Shown: positions 16,991 through 26,945 of the stretch, one piece after another
How the letters are laid out: each line of letters starts with the position of its first letter
Position numbering within the stretch: position 1 is the first letter of the stretch
Source: Verrucomicrobiota bacterium
Lineage (GTDB): Bacteria; Verrucomicrobiota; Verrucomicrobiia; Verrucomicrobiales; Akkermansiaceae
DNA length: 37,569 nt
Direction of reading: 5' to 3'
NCBI GenBank assembly: GCA_008932955.1
Contig: WBXE01000001.1
Span: forward strand, 1 to 37,569
The notes under the pieces: generated by a model
Told to the model about the DNA's origin: nothing
The model's input: the letters and a program-made list of their open reading frames with translations, nothing else
Database searches by the model: none
Position numbers and translations under genes: made by a program

Positions 16991-18778
16991 CTATTGCGAA
17001 GTGTCGCCGCCATCGGCGGCGGTGGCCATCACGTCCTCAGGAGGGAGGGTGGCGGCTTCCTGGAGAAAGGATTTGCGGCAGAGTTCGGCGTATTTTTTCC
17101 CGTGGGCGAGCAACTCGTTGTGGCTGCCTTGTTCGATGACCACCCCCTTATCCAACACGTAGATGCGTCCGGCATTTTGGATGGTGGAAAGCCGGTGGGC
17201 GATGACGATGGCAGTGCGGTTTTCCATCAAGCGGTCGAGCGCGTCCTGGATTTGGCGTTCGGTTTCCGAGTCGACCGACGCGGTGGCTTCGTCGAGAAGC
17301 AGAATGGGGGCGTTTTTGAGCAAGGCGCGGGCGATAGACAGGCGCTGTTTTTCGCCGCCGGAGAGCTTGACGCCGCGCTCACCAACGTTGGTGTCGAGGT
17401 TCTGGGGCAGGGCATGCACAAAGTCAGCTGCGTGGGCGGCGGTTAAGGCGGCCCACAGCTCGGCGTCGGTGGCATCCCGTTTGGAGAGGAGGAGGTTTTC
17501 ACGGACGCTGCCATTGAACAGGAACGGCTCCTGGGTGACGTAGGCGAGGTGCTCGCGCAGGGAGTCTTTGGCGAGTTCGGCAATGTCCTGGCCATCGATG
17601 GTGATGGTGCCGGAGTTGATCTCGTAAAAGCGTGCCAATAAGGCCAGGACGGTGGTCTTGCCGGCCCCGGTGGAACCCACGAGGGCGATGGTTTGGCCGG
17701 GTTGGGCCTCGAGGGTGACGCCGTGGAGGGTGGGTTGCTCTTGGTAGGTGAAGCAGACATTTTCGAAGCGCACGGCACCGCGGAGGTGTTTGGGCAAGGA
17801 TTTGCCGTGGCGGGCATTGGGTTCTTCCTCGGCATCGAGGATCTGGAACACACGGTCGGCCGCGGCACGCCCAGAGAGCAGCATTTGGTTGAGCGAGTTG
17901 AGGCGGTCAATCGGCTCGTAAAACAACGACAAAAACAGCAGGAATCCCGCAAAATCCCCCATCTTCAAGTCGCCGCGCATCACCGCCTGCCCCCCGAACG
18001 CCAGCACCAGCACGTAGCCACTCATCCGCAAAAACGACATGCCCGGCGAATACACCGCCCACCACCGCATCATCCGCAGCGTGCTGTGGCGCAATATGTC
18101 GGAAAATCGGTTGAAGCGCGCGTGCTCGTCGGCCTCCGCAGCGTAGGCCTTGATTTGGCTCACTCCCGAAATGTTGTCGTGCAACAAGGCGTTGAGGTCG
18201 GAAGCCGCTTCGCGTTGGTTGCGGTAGCGGTCGCGGCCACGGGTCGAATAAATCCAGGCTGAGAAGGCCAAAAATGGCACCGGCAGGGTGGCCCAGGCCG
18301 CCACTGCAGGATTCAAATAAAACAAAAATCCGCCCACGCTCAGCACCTGCAAGGCCGCCACCAAGCCCTGCTCAATGCCGTCAATGAGCACCCGCTCCAT
18401 GTTGGTGACGTCCTCGACCACCCGCGTCATGATGTCGCCGGTGCGGCGGGTATCGAACCAACGCAGGGGCAAGCGCTGGATTTTCGCGTAAAGATCCGAG
18501 CGAATATCGAAGATGACCTTTTGCTCAAACGTATTGTTGATGAGAATGCGCAGCGAATTGAGGCCGTCTTTGACTAGAAAGCCGAGCAAGGCCAGCCAGA
18601 TCCACAGGAAAAATTCGCCGTGGCGATGCGGGTTGGGAATGATGTCGTTGATGACATGACGGGTGGCATTGGGGAACACAAAGATGGCCAGCGTCATGCC
18701 CATGGCACAGAAAAACTGGGCAACTGCAAGGCCTGGGTAGTGTCGGAGGTAGGCGAGAACGCGGAAGATGGACTGCAT
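16991..18778 (-). CDS. ABC exporter, fused permease + ATP-binding protein (MsbA/ABCB type)
   Basis: N-terminal TM domain; GSTGAGKTT (Walker A), LSGGEKQR, ILLLDEATAS, IAHRLST; start ATG 18778 (MQSIFRV) preferred. Confidence 0.95.
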   Translation of the reverse strand: MQSIFRVLAYLRHYPGLAVAQFFCAMGMTLAIFVFPNATRHVINDIIPNPHRHGEFFLWIWLALLGFLVKDGLNSLRILINNTFEQKVIFDIRSDLYAKIQRLPLRWFDTRRTGDIMTRVVEDVTNMERVLIDGIEQGLVAALQVLSVGGFLFYLNPAVAAWATLPVPFLAFSAWIYSTRGRDRYRNQREAASDLNALLHDNISGVSQIKAYAAEADEHARFNRFSDILRHSTLRMMRWWAVYSPGMSFLRMSGYVLVLAFGGQAVMRGDLKMGDFAGFLLFLSLFYEPIDRLNSLNQMLLSGRAAADRVFQILDAEEEPNARHGKSLPKHLRGAVRFENVCFTYQEQPTLHGVTLEAQPGQTIALVGSTGAGKTTVLALLARFYEINSGTITIDGQDIAELAKDSLREHLAYVTQEPFLFNGSVRENLLLSKRDATDAELWAALTAAHAADFVHALPQNLDTNVGERGVKLSGGEKQRLSIARALLKNAPILLLDEATASVDSETERQIQDALDRLMENRTAIVIAHRLSTIQNAGRIYVLDKGVVIEQGSHNELLAHGKKYAELCRKSFLQEAATLPPEDVMATAADGGDTSQ

Positions 18779-18933
18779 GGAAGGCAGTCCACTGATGCGT
18801 GCTGGGGCTGACTTTGTAAAGGCAAGCTGAAAAAAATTCAAAACTTCCTTAAATTTTGGATTGCGGTAGAGGTAACGGCGTCCCTAAGGTCGGTCGCAGA
18901 CGACGTAATCAACCCGCCCAACCTACCTCTCTC

Positions 18934-19896
18934 ATGGCCAATGTCTTCGGAATTCTAACCGCAATAGTGCTTACACTGGCATCCTTTGTCGCCTACAAGA
19001 ACAAAGATGCTTACGCCAACGAGCTGACCCATCGCCAGAATGAGGATAGCAAGCTCGCCGCCACCGAGGCTCGATTCAAAACCGCTCAGAAAAGCTTGGC
19101 CGAGACACAGGCCAAACACACGGAAGGCAAGCAGCAGGTTGCCAAGCTCGCAACCGAGAAGAGTGATCTCGAGACCGCCAATGCAGCCGTCAAGCAAGAG
19201 GTTGACAGCAAGACTGCGGTGATGGATGACAATAAGAGCAAGCTTGACAAGATGAAGGAGCAAGCCGGGAAAATTGGCAAAGCCCGCGACAGTGCCGAAA
19301 AAGTCAAAACTTTGGGTGCCGAGATGGAAGAGCTTAAATTGTTGATCGCCAAGAATCTCGCCCAGCTCGACAGCCTGACCAAGGAAAACTCGCAGACGGC
19401 CGGCCGCAATGACGTTTTGAAAGGTCGCACCGACATGATCTCGCGTCGCGAGTCGTTCTTTACTAAGGCTGAGATCAACGCCATCTATCCGAATTGGGGG
19501 TTTGTTACTCTTAGCGCCGGCAATATTTCCGGCGTAGTCGCCGGTTCGACTCTTGAAATCGTCCGCGACGCCAAGGCGGTCGGCAAGTTGCTCGTCACTG
19601 CCGTGGAGGCCAATACCGCCTCGGCCTCGATCGTTCCTGATTCGCTGGTGGATGGCTCGGTGCTAATGGTCGGTGACCAAGTGGTGCCGACGCATAAGCC
19701 CGTCGAGATAGCCAAGGCCCCGGTCAGCCAACCGGCGGCGGCAGCGACCAAGGCCCCGGCCAAGGATGCGGAGCCTGCCGCAGAATCCACGATGGATCCC
19801 GCACCCGGAGCCGCTGCGGAACCCGACGCCACCCCGGCGGCCACTCCGGATGCCACGCCTGAAGCGCCAGCAGCAGCCGCCCCCGAGGCTAACTGA
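18934..19896 (+). CDS. Hypothetical protein: N-terminal TM anchor, long coiled coil, C-terminal beta domain, Ala/Pro/acidic tail
   Basis: MANVFGILTAIVLTLASFVAYK; heptad-rich K/E/A region; WGFVTLSAG...RDAKAVGKL...GDQV; start ATG 18934. Confidence 0.85.
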   Translation: MANVFGILTAIVLTLASFVAYKNKDAYANELTHRQNEDSKLAATEARFKTAQKSLAETQAKHTEGKQQVAKLATEKSDLETANAAVKQEVDSKTAVMDDNKSKLDKMKEQAGKIGKARDSAEKVKTLGAEMEELKLLIAKNLAQLDSLTKENSQTAGRNDVLKGRTDMISRRESFFTKAEINAIYPNWGFVTLSAGNISGVVAGSTLEIVRDAKAVGKLLVTAVEANTASASIVPDSLVDGSVLMVGDQVVPTHKPVEIAKAPVSQPAAAATKAPAKDAEPAAESTMDPAPGAAAEPDATPAATPDATPEAPAAAAPEAN

Positions 19897-19934
19897 TTTT
19901 CACCCACCCCTAAAACTCTTCGCAAGGAACGCCC

Positions 19935-20750
19935 ATGAAAGTCAAAGCTATCTTTTACATCCTCGCCATTCTCACGATCGGTGGGGCCGCGTATTTTTCC
20001 TACGACCACTCGCTGAAGTTCAAGGTGCAGCAGGACAAGCGCTTGGCCGACGTCAAGAAGAACAAGGAAACGACCCACGAGGCAGAAATCACCGAAAAGG
20101 ACCTCAAGGATGAGCAAGCAGCCCTCACAAAAGTCCTCAACGCCCGCGAGGAAACCAAGCAAAGCATCGCCGCACTCAAGGCCACCGAATCCAAAGCCAA
20201 GGATGACCTAGCTAAACTCGACGCCGAAATTGCCAAACAGAAGGAAGAATTGAAGGATCTCGCCAAGAACCTGGCGGAAATTCAGGTCGTTCTAACCGGG
20301 CTGGGGGATGGAGTCGCCATCGATGGCATCGAAGACTTTATCGATAAGATCGCCAAAGAGGTGACCGACCTCAAAACGAAAGTCGAAGAGAATGAAACCT
20401 TGGTGGCAGGTGCCGAAAAACGCCTAGCCGACAATAAGGCCGAGGAAAGCCGCTTGGTCGGTAAGACCCTGACCCGCAACGTGCGTATCGGTAACAATGG
20501 GATGGAAGCGGTGATCACCGGGGTCAATCAGGGCTGGGGCTTCGTGGTCATTGGCGCGGGCAATAGTGCCGGTTTCACCCCGCAGACTTCGCTGCTCGTC
20601 AAGCGCGATGGCCGGCTCATTGGCCGAGTCCATCCCACCGCTATTGAGCCAAGCCAAACCATTGCCGATATCGATCCGGAAAGTTTGGCCTCAGGGGTGC
20701 GCTTGCAACCCGGTGACCGGGTGATCCTCGCCAATCCAGTTAGCCACTAA
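19935..20750 (+). CDS. Hypothetical protein, paralogue of the upstream gene (TM anchor, coiled coil, C-terminal beta domain)
   Basis: MKVKAIFYILAILTIGGAAYF; coiled coil; WGFVVIGAG...KRDGRLIGRV...GDRV. Confidence 0.88.
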   Translation: MKVKAIFYILAILTIGGAAYFSYDHSLKFKVQQDKRLADVKKNKETTHEAEITEKDLKDEQAALTKVLNAREETKQSIAALKATESKAKDDLAKLDAEIAKQKEELKDLAKNLAEIQVVLTGLGDGVAIDGIEDFIDKIAKEVTDLKTKVEENETLVAGAEKRLADNKAEESRLVGKTLTRNVRIGNNGMEAVITGVNQGWGFVVIGAGNSAGFTPQTSLLVKRDGRLIGRVHPTAIEPSQTIADIDPESLASGVRLQPGDRVILANPVSH

Positions 20751-20826
20751 GCACGGACGGTGACTTTTTTTTCATAAACCCGCTCCGCAGGCTTGCGTCC
20801 GGCGGAGCTTGTTTTATTCTCGGCCC

Positions 20827-21027
20827 ATGCGTGGATCCTTATTGCTGCTGCTGACCGTCACCGTTGCAGGCCTGAACCTCACTTCTTGCAATACCAACAA
20901 GGAACCCGAAATCATCCCGGTGCCGCCGACGAGCAACAGCACCAAGATCCCCTGGAACTCGCAAGGTGCCACCGGTGGCGGCCAAGGCCAATTCGGCATG
21001 CTTCAGCAAAATCAATACCGGCGCTGA
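20827..21027 (+). CDS. Small putative lipoprotein
   Basis: MRGSLLLLLTVTVAGLNLTS-C lipobox followed by a ~45 aa Pro/Gly/Gln-rich mature part (KIPWN...GQFGML). Confidence 0.7.
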   Translation: MRGSLLLLLTVTVAGLNLTSCNTNKEPEIIPVPPTSNSTKIPWNSQGATGGGQGQFGMLQQNQYRR

Positions 21028-21037
21028 GCTAGGTTGC

Positions 21038-21481
21038 TCAGTCGCGGTGATAGGGAGCTCCGGCCCGCAACGAGGCGACCCGATAGAGTTGCTCTAACAA
21101 AACCACCAGGGCCAGCTCGTGCTGCAGCGTCAGGGGTGAGAGAGTCAGCACCCATTCACAGGCCTCGCGCAACTCGGGGCTGTGGCCATCTGCCGCGCCG
21201 AGCAAGAATGCCAGCGTTTTAATCTCTCCGCGGCGCTCGAGAGTTTGGAGTTTGTCCGCCAAGCCGCGCGTGCTCAGGCCTTCGCCGCGTTCGTCCAGCG
21301 CCACGCGCCAGCAACCTTGCGATCGCTCTAACAATCTAGCGGAAACCTCGGCGCTCGATCCCGCCTTGATGACCACCACCTCGTACGATCCCAACCGTGC
21401 GAGGCGCTTCAGATACTCAGCCACCCCGGCCTTGGCGTAGGCGAGGGCGGGTTTGCCGGCAACGATGATGCGTACATGCAT
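21038..21481 (-). CDS. rlmH: 23S rRNA pseudouridine-1915 N3-methyltransferase
   Basis: IIVAGK, EYLKRL, ALDERG, FLLGAADG, LSPLTLQHELALVVLLEQLYR, PYHR; start ATG 21481. Confidence 0.94.
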   Translation of the reverse strand: MHVRIIVAGKPALAYAKAGVAEYLKRLARLGSYEVVVIKAGSSAEVSARLLERSQGCWRVALDERGEGLSTRGLADKLQTLERRGEIKTLAFLLGAADGHSPELREACEWVLTLSPLTLQHELALVVLLEQLYRVASLRAGAPYHRD

Positions 21482-21675
21482 GGGAGGCCGTAGAGCATGC
21501 CCCGGCCTTCGCTCATTCGCCAGTCCCAATTGCGTCGGCACGGCGTCAACTTCATAATGACTGGCATATTATGCCAAGCGAAAAACAGAAATCCGGCCTG
21601 TGATGAAAGACCGCGCGCCCGGCACTCGCCAGCCAGCTGGCTTTGCTAGGCGACAGCAAGCTATCGCATTCCCGG

Positions 21676-22353
21676 CTAAACCAGCAGCCACGGTCGTTTC
21701 GCCGGGGTGATGTGCGGCGGCTTCAGATAAATCGGCTGCGGTAGCGCTGCTGCCCAGGTGGCCCGGGTTGCAGCGGTGGCTAGATCCCAAGCTCGCCAGA
21801 GTCGCGCGGCGGAGGGGAACTGCTGCGCCACCTCGGCAGCCAAGCTTTGCGGCAATGGAAAGCGCGCGGGTTCTTCAAAGGATACCACCGGGAGCCCTTG
21901 CTCCAAGGCCGCCGCAATACTCGCGATGAGGCCCGCAGCATCGCTGAGCTGTGGGTTTTCCGTCATCTGGCAGTCGACGACCCGCGCGATCCAATAGCTG
22001 CCGCGCCGCGCATCACCGATCACCCAGCAGCCGGCCGGGCCAGCAGCAGCGGGCAACGCCAATATCGATGGCAGCGCCACTGCCGGGCATTCTTGTGCCA
22101 GCGCCACGCCTTGGGCGGCGGCAATGCCGACCCGGGTGCCGCTGTAGCTGCCCGGGCCGCTGCCAACCAACACCCGGGCCAGACATCCGGCAGCGGCAGT
22201 TTCTAGCAATTCTGCGAGGGGGGCGAACAAACCCGCGTGGTGGCTGCGGTCACTGACGAACTCGCGTTGAGTTACAGCATCAAGAGGTCCGGCTAGGGCC
22301 AGCGAGGCCTGCGGGGTGGAGGTTTCCAAAACAAGGGTGAAGGGACCGGCCAT
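21676..22353 (-). CDS. tsaB: tRNA t6A biosynthesis protein TsaB
   Basis: LETST, VGSGPGSYSGTRVG, DARRG, PIYLKPP; start ATG 22353. Confidence 0.9.
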   Translation of the reverse strand: MAGPFTLVLETSTPQASLALAGPLDAVTQREFVSDRSHHAGLFAPLAELLETAAAGCLARVLVGSGPGSYSGTRVGIAAAQGVALAQECPAVALPSILALPAAAGPAGCWVIGDARRGSYWIARVVDCQMTENPQLSDAAGLIASIAAALEQGLPVVSFEEPARFPLPQSLAAEVAQQFPSAARLWRAWDLATAATRATWAAALPQPIYLKPPHITPAKRPWLLV

Positions 22354-22594
22354 GACGAAAGGTGGGAGGGCAGACGCAAGCTCAAGAACCTGGATCGAGT
22401 AGTCGACCAAGCAGTAACTTGGGTTGCCAGAGGTCATGCTAATGGCATAAGACAGCTGCGGCAAGCGGAGTGTCGCCCGATTTGCGTTACGGGGGCTGGA
22501 AAGTGGCCACCCAAGCCTTGTAAGACCCAAGCCTCGAGATGAAAAATGCCAGCTCCACCACAACTCATTTGCCATCTAGCAACCACCATAGATT

Positions 22595-23407
22595 ATGCGT
22601 TTGAAGCTCACCATCGCCTACGACGGGCGCCCGTACACCGGTTGGCAATCGCAACCTGGCGGCGCCACCGTGCAGGACCACTTGCAGCGGGCCTTGGGGG
22701 AAATCGCCAAGCAAGCGGTAGCTATCCACGGCTCCGGGCGCACTGATACCGGAGTTCATGCGCTGGGCCAGGTTGCCCACTTTGAGGTGCCACAGCCGAC
22801 GACCATGAGTCCAACCAACTGGTTGCGAGCACTCAACTCCAAACTTCCCGCCACTATCCGCATCATGGCCTGCGAGGCTGCGCCAGCAGACTTTCACGCC
22901 CGCTTCTCGGCGATCGGTAAAATCTATCACTACGACATTTGCACCGCCCCGGTGCTGCCGCCACATCAGGCCGGCTTGGTCTGGCACCTGCCGCAGCGGC
23001 TCAATGCGGATTTGCTCGCGCTCGCGCTAACTCTGGTGTGCGGCAAGCACGACTTTCATGCCTTTGCCGCCTACCGTGGCGATGAAACCGCGGCGATGGA
23101 CTATCAGCGGCACCTCCATGCAGCCGACCTTGAGGCGCTGGCCGACGGATATCGCCTCACCTATGTCGGTGACGGCTTCCTCTATAAAATGGTGCGTCTG
23201 CTTACCGGGGCCGTAGTCAAGGTGGCCCTAGCCAAACTGGCACCAAGCACGCTGAGCGCCCTGCTCGATCAAGCGCCGGGCTTGCCCCATGGCAAGTCAC
23301 CGCACTGCGCGCCGGCTGTCGGGCTGTATCTCCAGCAAGTGCTCTATGCGGACTGCGACGCCATCCGTGGGTCCTTTCACACTCTATCCACATCAGCAAA
23401 GACATGA
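22595..23407 (+). CDS. truA: tRNA pseudouridine(38-40) synthase
   Basis: IAYDGRPYTGWQ, GSGRTDTGVHALGQ, FHARFSA, GFLYKMVR, APAVGLYL. Confidence 0.96.
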   Translation: MRLKLTIAYDGRPYTGWQSQPGGATVQDHLQRALGEIAKQAVAIHGSGRTDTGVHALGQVAHFEVPQPTTMSPTNWLRALNSKLPATIRIMACEAAPADFHARFSAIGKIYHYDICTAPVLPPHQAGLVWHLPQRLNADLLALALTLVCGKHDFHAFAAYRGDETAAMDYQRHLHAADLEALADGYRLTYVGDGFLYKMVRLLTGAVVKVALAKLAPSTLSALLDQAPGLPHGKSPHCAPAVGLYLQQVLYADCDAIRGSFHTLSTSAKT

Positions 23408-23469
23408 TCATAAGTGGTGACGGAGGTGCACGCGCAATAACAACTGTCGCAAGGCGTCTGAGATGCATC

Positions 23470-23550
23470 GTCGCGGCGGTCTGTGAGCGCCGATGTGAAT
23501 GAGCGGCATTGACGATTCATGGGCATCAGCGGTCATAGACAGGCCGCTAC
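23470..23550. repeat. Inverted doublet of a second GTAG-type REP-like unit
   Basis: gtcgcggcggtctgtgagcgccg (23470-23492) versus reverse complement of 23527-23550, gtagcggcctgtctatgaccgctg. Confidence 0.6.
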
Positions 23551-23619
23551 AATGCGATAGATATGCTTGCGCGGGTTCCTTGCCTTGCAAAAACGAGCGG
23601 GTACAGACATCCTCGCGGG

Positions 23620-24270
23620 GTGACAGTACAAGGACTAATTTTTGATTTGGACGGAACCTTGGTGGACTCGTTGCCGGGCATTGCCGCCTCGCTGAACCGG
23701 GCCCTCGCCAGCTTGAGTTTGCCACCGCATGGATTGCACACGATCCGCGGATTCATCGGCAATGGCGCGCGGGTCCTTGTTTCGCGCGCCGCACCACCGG
23801 GATCGGATGAGCCGCTGCTAGCCGCGCTGGAGCAGGCATTCAAGGCGGATTACGATCTAACGTGGCCGCAGGGCACGCTGGTCTATCCGGGGGTGGCCGG
23901 CTTGCTGGCTGAACTCCAGAAACGGGGAACGGCGCTGGCCGTCCTGTCCAATAAGCCGCACGCGTTCACCACCGCAATGGTCGGCGGAATGTTCCCGGCG
24001 GTGGCGTTTGCCGCCGTGTTAGGCCAGCGGGCGGGCATTCCGCACAAGCCCGATCCGGCGGGAGCCAATGAAATTGCCGCCATACTGGGTTTACCGGCGC
24101 AGGGGCTAACACTCATCGGGGATTCCACGATGGACATTGAGACAGCCCGCCGCGCGGGCATGCAGACGGTGGCGGTGAGTTGGGGCTATCACGACCGCGA
24201 GGCCCTGGAAGCGGTCATGCCCGACGCACTCATCGACACTCCTGATGAGTTGTTTGCGTTACTCCAATAA
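23620..24270 (+). CDS. HAD-family hydrolase, phosphoglycolate phosphatase-like
   Basis: FDLDGTLVDS, LSNKP, KPDP, IGDSTMD, VSWGY; GTG start at 23620 assumed. Confidence 0.9.
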   Translation: MTVQGLIFDLDGTLVDSLPGIAASLNRALASLSLPPHGLHTIRGFIGNGARVLVSRAAPPGSDEPLLAALEQAFKADYDLTWPQGTLVYPGVAGLLAELQKRGTALAVLSNKPHAFTTAMVGGMFPAVAFAAVLGQRAGIPHKPDPAGANEIAAILGLPAQGLTLIGDSTMDIETARRAGMQTVAVSWGYHDREALEAVMPDALIDTPDELFALLQ

Positions 24271-24284
24271 GGCGGCCAGAGCCT

Positions 24285-24365
24285 CTGGCGTTGTTGAAAA
24301 GCCAAAGATGTTGTCGTTAAATCAAATTCTGCGTCTTGAAGTCTTGGGTCTGTGGCACTGCCTCG
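24285..24365 (+). repeat. Family B element, shell-only (empty) form
   Basis: ttgaaaagccaaagatgttg...gtcttgggtctgtggcactgcctcg matches both ends of reverse-complemented 35331-35536 without the inner palindrome. Confidence 0.65.
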
Positions 24366-24371
24366 ATGGCA

Positions 24372-25154
24372 TCACTCATCCTTAAGCTCGCCGCCATAGA
24401 AGCTTTTGATATATCCGTACTCGACGAGCGTGTCCTGCCAGGCAGAGAGCGCATCAGGATTGCTGAAAATGCGGGAAGCCATCGCGAGCCATTCCTCGGC
24501 CTTAATAAGGTTCTTGTCGTCGTAGGCGATGGCCGCATGAGCGAAGTAATAATACGGCGAATCGTCATCCATCCCATACTTTTTGGCGAGGGCGAGGGCT
24601 TCGTCTTTGAGGCCGAGTTTCTTTTTGCAGAGAAGGATTTTGAATTCTGCGAGTCGGTAGAGGGAAAGATCACCCTTGGACAGAGACTGCAAGATTTTAC
24701 CAAACAGGTCATGGGCCTCCTGCCATTTTTTAGTGACGAAGAGGACTTCTGCGATATTAAAGTTGATGCTGGGATTCTCTGGGGAAAGCAGCAGGGCCTT
24801 GTTGAAGGCCGCCGCTGCCTTGTCGAAGCTGCGGAGTTCAACATAGCATGCGCCGCGCAAGTTGAGGCTTTCCGGGCTGTCGGGGAACACGGCATCGGTC
24901 TTGTCGAGGGCATCAAAAGTTTCGAAGACGCGTTTTTGCTGGAACAGGCGTTGGGACTCGCCGAGTTGTTTGGCAAATTCCTTGCGGCGTTCTTCCGGCA
25001 GATTGAGGAACGCCTGCTGGTTGGCGAGCAGCGGCTTGTTGGCGGCGGTCGGCGCGGCAGGTTTGGCGGGTTTGGCAGCGGGAGAGACCGGTTCGGCTTG
25101 GGCGCACACCGGGAGCAAGGCCAGCAGGAAGGGTAAGATGCGGATGGTATTCAT
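24372..25154 (-). CDS. Exported TPR-repeat protein
   Basis: Signal peptide ending AQA; TPR-like helices (NLRGACYVELRSFDKAAAAFNKALLLSP, FNIAEVLF). Confidence 0.85.
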   Translation of the reverse strand: MNTIRILPFLLALLPVCAQAEPVSPAAKPAKPAAPTAANKPLLANQQAFLNLPEERRKEFAKQLGESQRLFQQKRVFETFDALDKTDAVFPDSPESLNLRGACYVELRSFDKAAAAFNKALLLSPENPSINFNIAEVLFVTKKWQEAHDLFGKILQSLSKGDLSLYRLAEFKILLCKKKLGLKDEALALAKKYGMDDDSPYYYFAHAAIAYDDKNLIKAEEWLAMASRIFSNPDALSAWQDTLVEYGYIKSFYGGELKDE

Positions 25155-25307
25155 GGCTGAATGAGACTTCGTGGCAAACTAGGCGGAAAGCGGCGGCACG
25201 GCAAGCCGACAATTGGCGCAATTCGGGGAATTTATCTGCTGTAGGGTGGCATTGCTGAGAGTTTTGCATTTCACTTGGCGGCGGACAGGTGTTGTCTGCG
25301 TGTGTTC

Positions 25308-26945
25308 ATGAAAATCGGTCTAGCTCAAATCAATGCAGTAGTTGGGGATTTCCCAGCCAACGTGAAGCGCATTCTCGCCGCCTACCGCGAATGTCTGGAT
25401 GGCGGCGCCGAGTTGGTGGTCACCCCGGAACTGGCACTCGTCGGCTATCCACCGCGCGATTTGGTCTTCAAATCCCACTTTGTCCCGCGCTGCCTGCAGG
25501 CCCTCGATTACTTGGCAGGAGAAATTGGCGAGGTGCCGTTGGTCGTCGGTTACATCGACGTGCATCACCCGGCCCGCCCCGGCAAGCCGTTTCGCAACGC
25601 CGCGGCCTGGCTGGAGCAGGGGGCTATCCGCCAACGAATTTGGAAAACCCTGTTGCCCACTTACGATGTGTTCGACGAGCGGCGCTACTTCGAGCCCGGC
25701 GAAACCTGTGAACCGCTGCGCTGGAATGGTTGGCGCATCGGCGTGACCATTTGCGAGGACATTTGGACCGATGAGTCACTCCAGCGGCCATTCTACGACC
25801 GCGATCCTGTGGCGGAATTGAGCACTCTGGGCATCGACCTGTTGCTCAATCTGAGCGCCTCGCCGTTTCACCTCGGCAAGCCGTTGCAGCGCCAGGCATT
25901 GATCAGCGGAGTGGCCCGCGCGGCCAAGGTGCCGGTGGTTTACTGCAACGCGGTGGGTGGCAATGACCAACTCGTGTTCGACGGTCACTCGCTGGTGGCC
26001 GATGCCGCCGGGCACATCCGCGCGCAATTGCCGGGCTTTGTCGAAACCTGCCTAGTGATTGATCCGTTCAATACAGCTACCGCCGCCCAGATCGAGGCAG
26101 AAGCGGACCCCGCCCAGCTCTATCAGGCGCTGGTGCTCGGGCTGCGCGACTACGTCACCAAGTGCGGATTTTCCAGTGTTTGTCTCGGCCTGAGTGGCGG
26201 GATCGATTCCGCGCTCACCGCAGTCATCGCGGCTGATGCGCTCGGTCCGCAAGCCGTCCACGGGTTGACCATGCCCAGCGGGTATTCATCGGCGGGCAGC
26301 GTGGAGGATTCGTTAGCCCTGGCCCACAACCTGGGCATTGGCTGCGACGTAGTGCCCATCGGCGACGCCTTCGAGGCGGTCAAGGCGGCGATGCAACCAG
26401 TGTTTGCCGGCAAGCCCGAGGATGTCACTGAGGAAAATATGCAGGCCCGCATCCGTGGCTTGCTGCTGATGGCTCTATCTAACAAAGAGGGTCGACTCTT
26501 GCTCACCACCGGCAACAAGAGCGAATTGGCGGTCGGCTACTGCACGATTTACGGCGACATGTGCGGGGGTTTGGCGGTCATTTCCGACCTGCCGAAAGTG
26601 CGGGTCTATGAAGTGGCCCGCTGGCTCAACCGCGAGCGTGAAGTCATTCCCTGGAGCACGATCGACAAGCCGCCGAGTGCCGAACTGCGGCCCGATCAGA
26701 AGGATCAGGACACGTTGCCGCCCTACGAGACACTGGATGCCATCCTCGAGCTTTACGTCGAGCAGCACCTTTCCGCTGATGAAATCATTGGCCGCGGCTT
26801 TGAGGAAAACACCGTGCGCTGGATCCAACGTCGCGTCGATCTCAATGAATGGAAACGCCAGCAGGCCGCCCCCGGGCTGCGCGTTACGTCCAAGGCGTTT
26901 GGGATTGGCCGGCGCATGCCCATCGTGCAGCGTTTCGGCGGGTGA
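25308..26945 (+). CDS. nadE: Glutamine-dependent NAD+ synthetase
   Basis: CN-hydrolase domain (PELALVGYPPRD, KTLLPTYDVFDE, ICEDIW) fused to synthetase (GLSGGIDSA, ENMQARIRG, TGNKSE, PPSAEL); ATG 25308. Confidence 0.97.
   Translation: MKIGLAQINAVVGDFPANVKRILAAYRECLDGGAELVVTPELALVGYPPRDLVFKSHFVPRCLQALDYLAGEIGEVPLVVGYIDVHHPARPGKPFRNAAAWLEQGAIRQRIWKTLLPTYDVFDERRYFEPGETCEPLRWNGWRIGVTICEDIWTDESLQRPFYDRDPVAELSTLGIDLLLNLSASPFHLGKPLQRQALISGVARAAKVPVVYCNAVGGNDQLVFDGHSLVADAAGHIRAQLPGFVETCLVIDPFNTATAAQIEAEADPAQLYQALVLGLRDYVTKCGFSSVCLGLSGGIDSALTAVIAADALGPQAVHGLTMPSGYSSAGSVEDSLALAHNLGIGCDVVPIGDAFEAVKAAMQPVFAGKPEDVTEENMQARIRGLLLMALSNKEGRLLLTTGNKSELAVGYCTIYGDMCGGLAVISDLPKVRVYEVARWLNREREVIPWSTIDKPPSAELRPDQKDQDTLPPYETLDAILELYVEQHLSADEIIGRGFEENTVRWIQRRVDLNEWKRQQAAPGLRVTSKAFGIGRRMPIVQRFGG

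Noticed and set aside
21562-21576. Palindrome tggcata-t-tatgcca upstream of rlmH as a sigma54 promoter
   Set aside because: GG-to-GC spacing is 8 rather than 10; could be a regulator site but single occurrence gives no support.
24336-25136. 266 aa plus-strand ORF and similar long antisense ORFs over nrdJ and the ABC exporter
   Set aside because: Shadow frames typical of high-GC coding DNA; the opposite strand carries the recognisable proteins.
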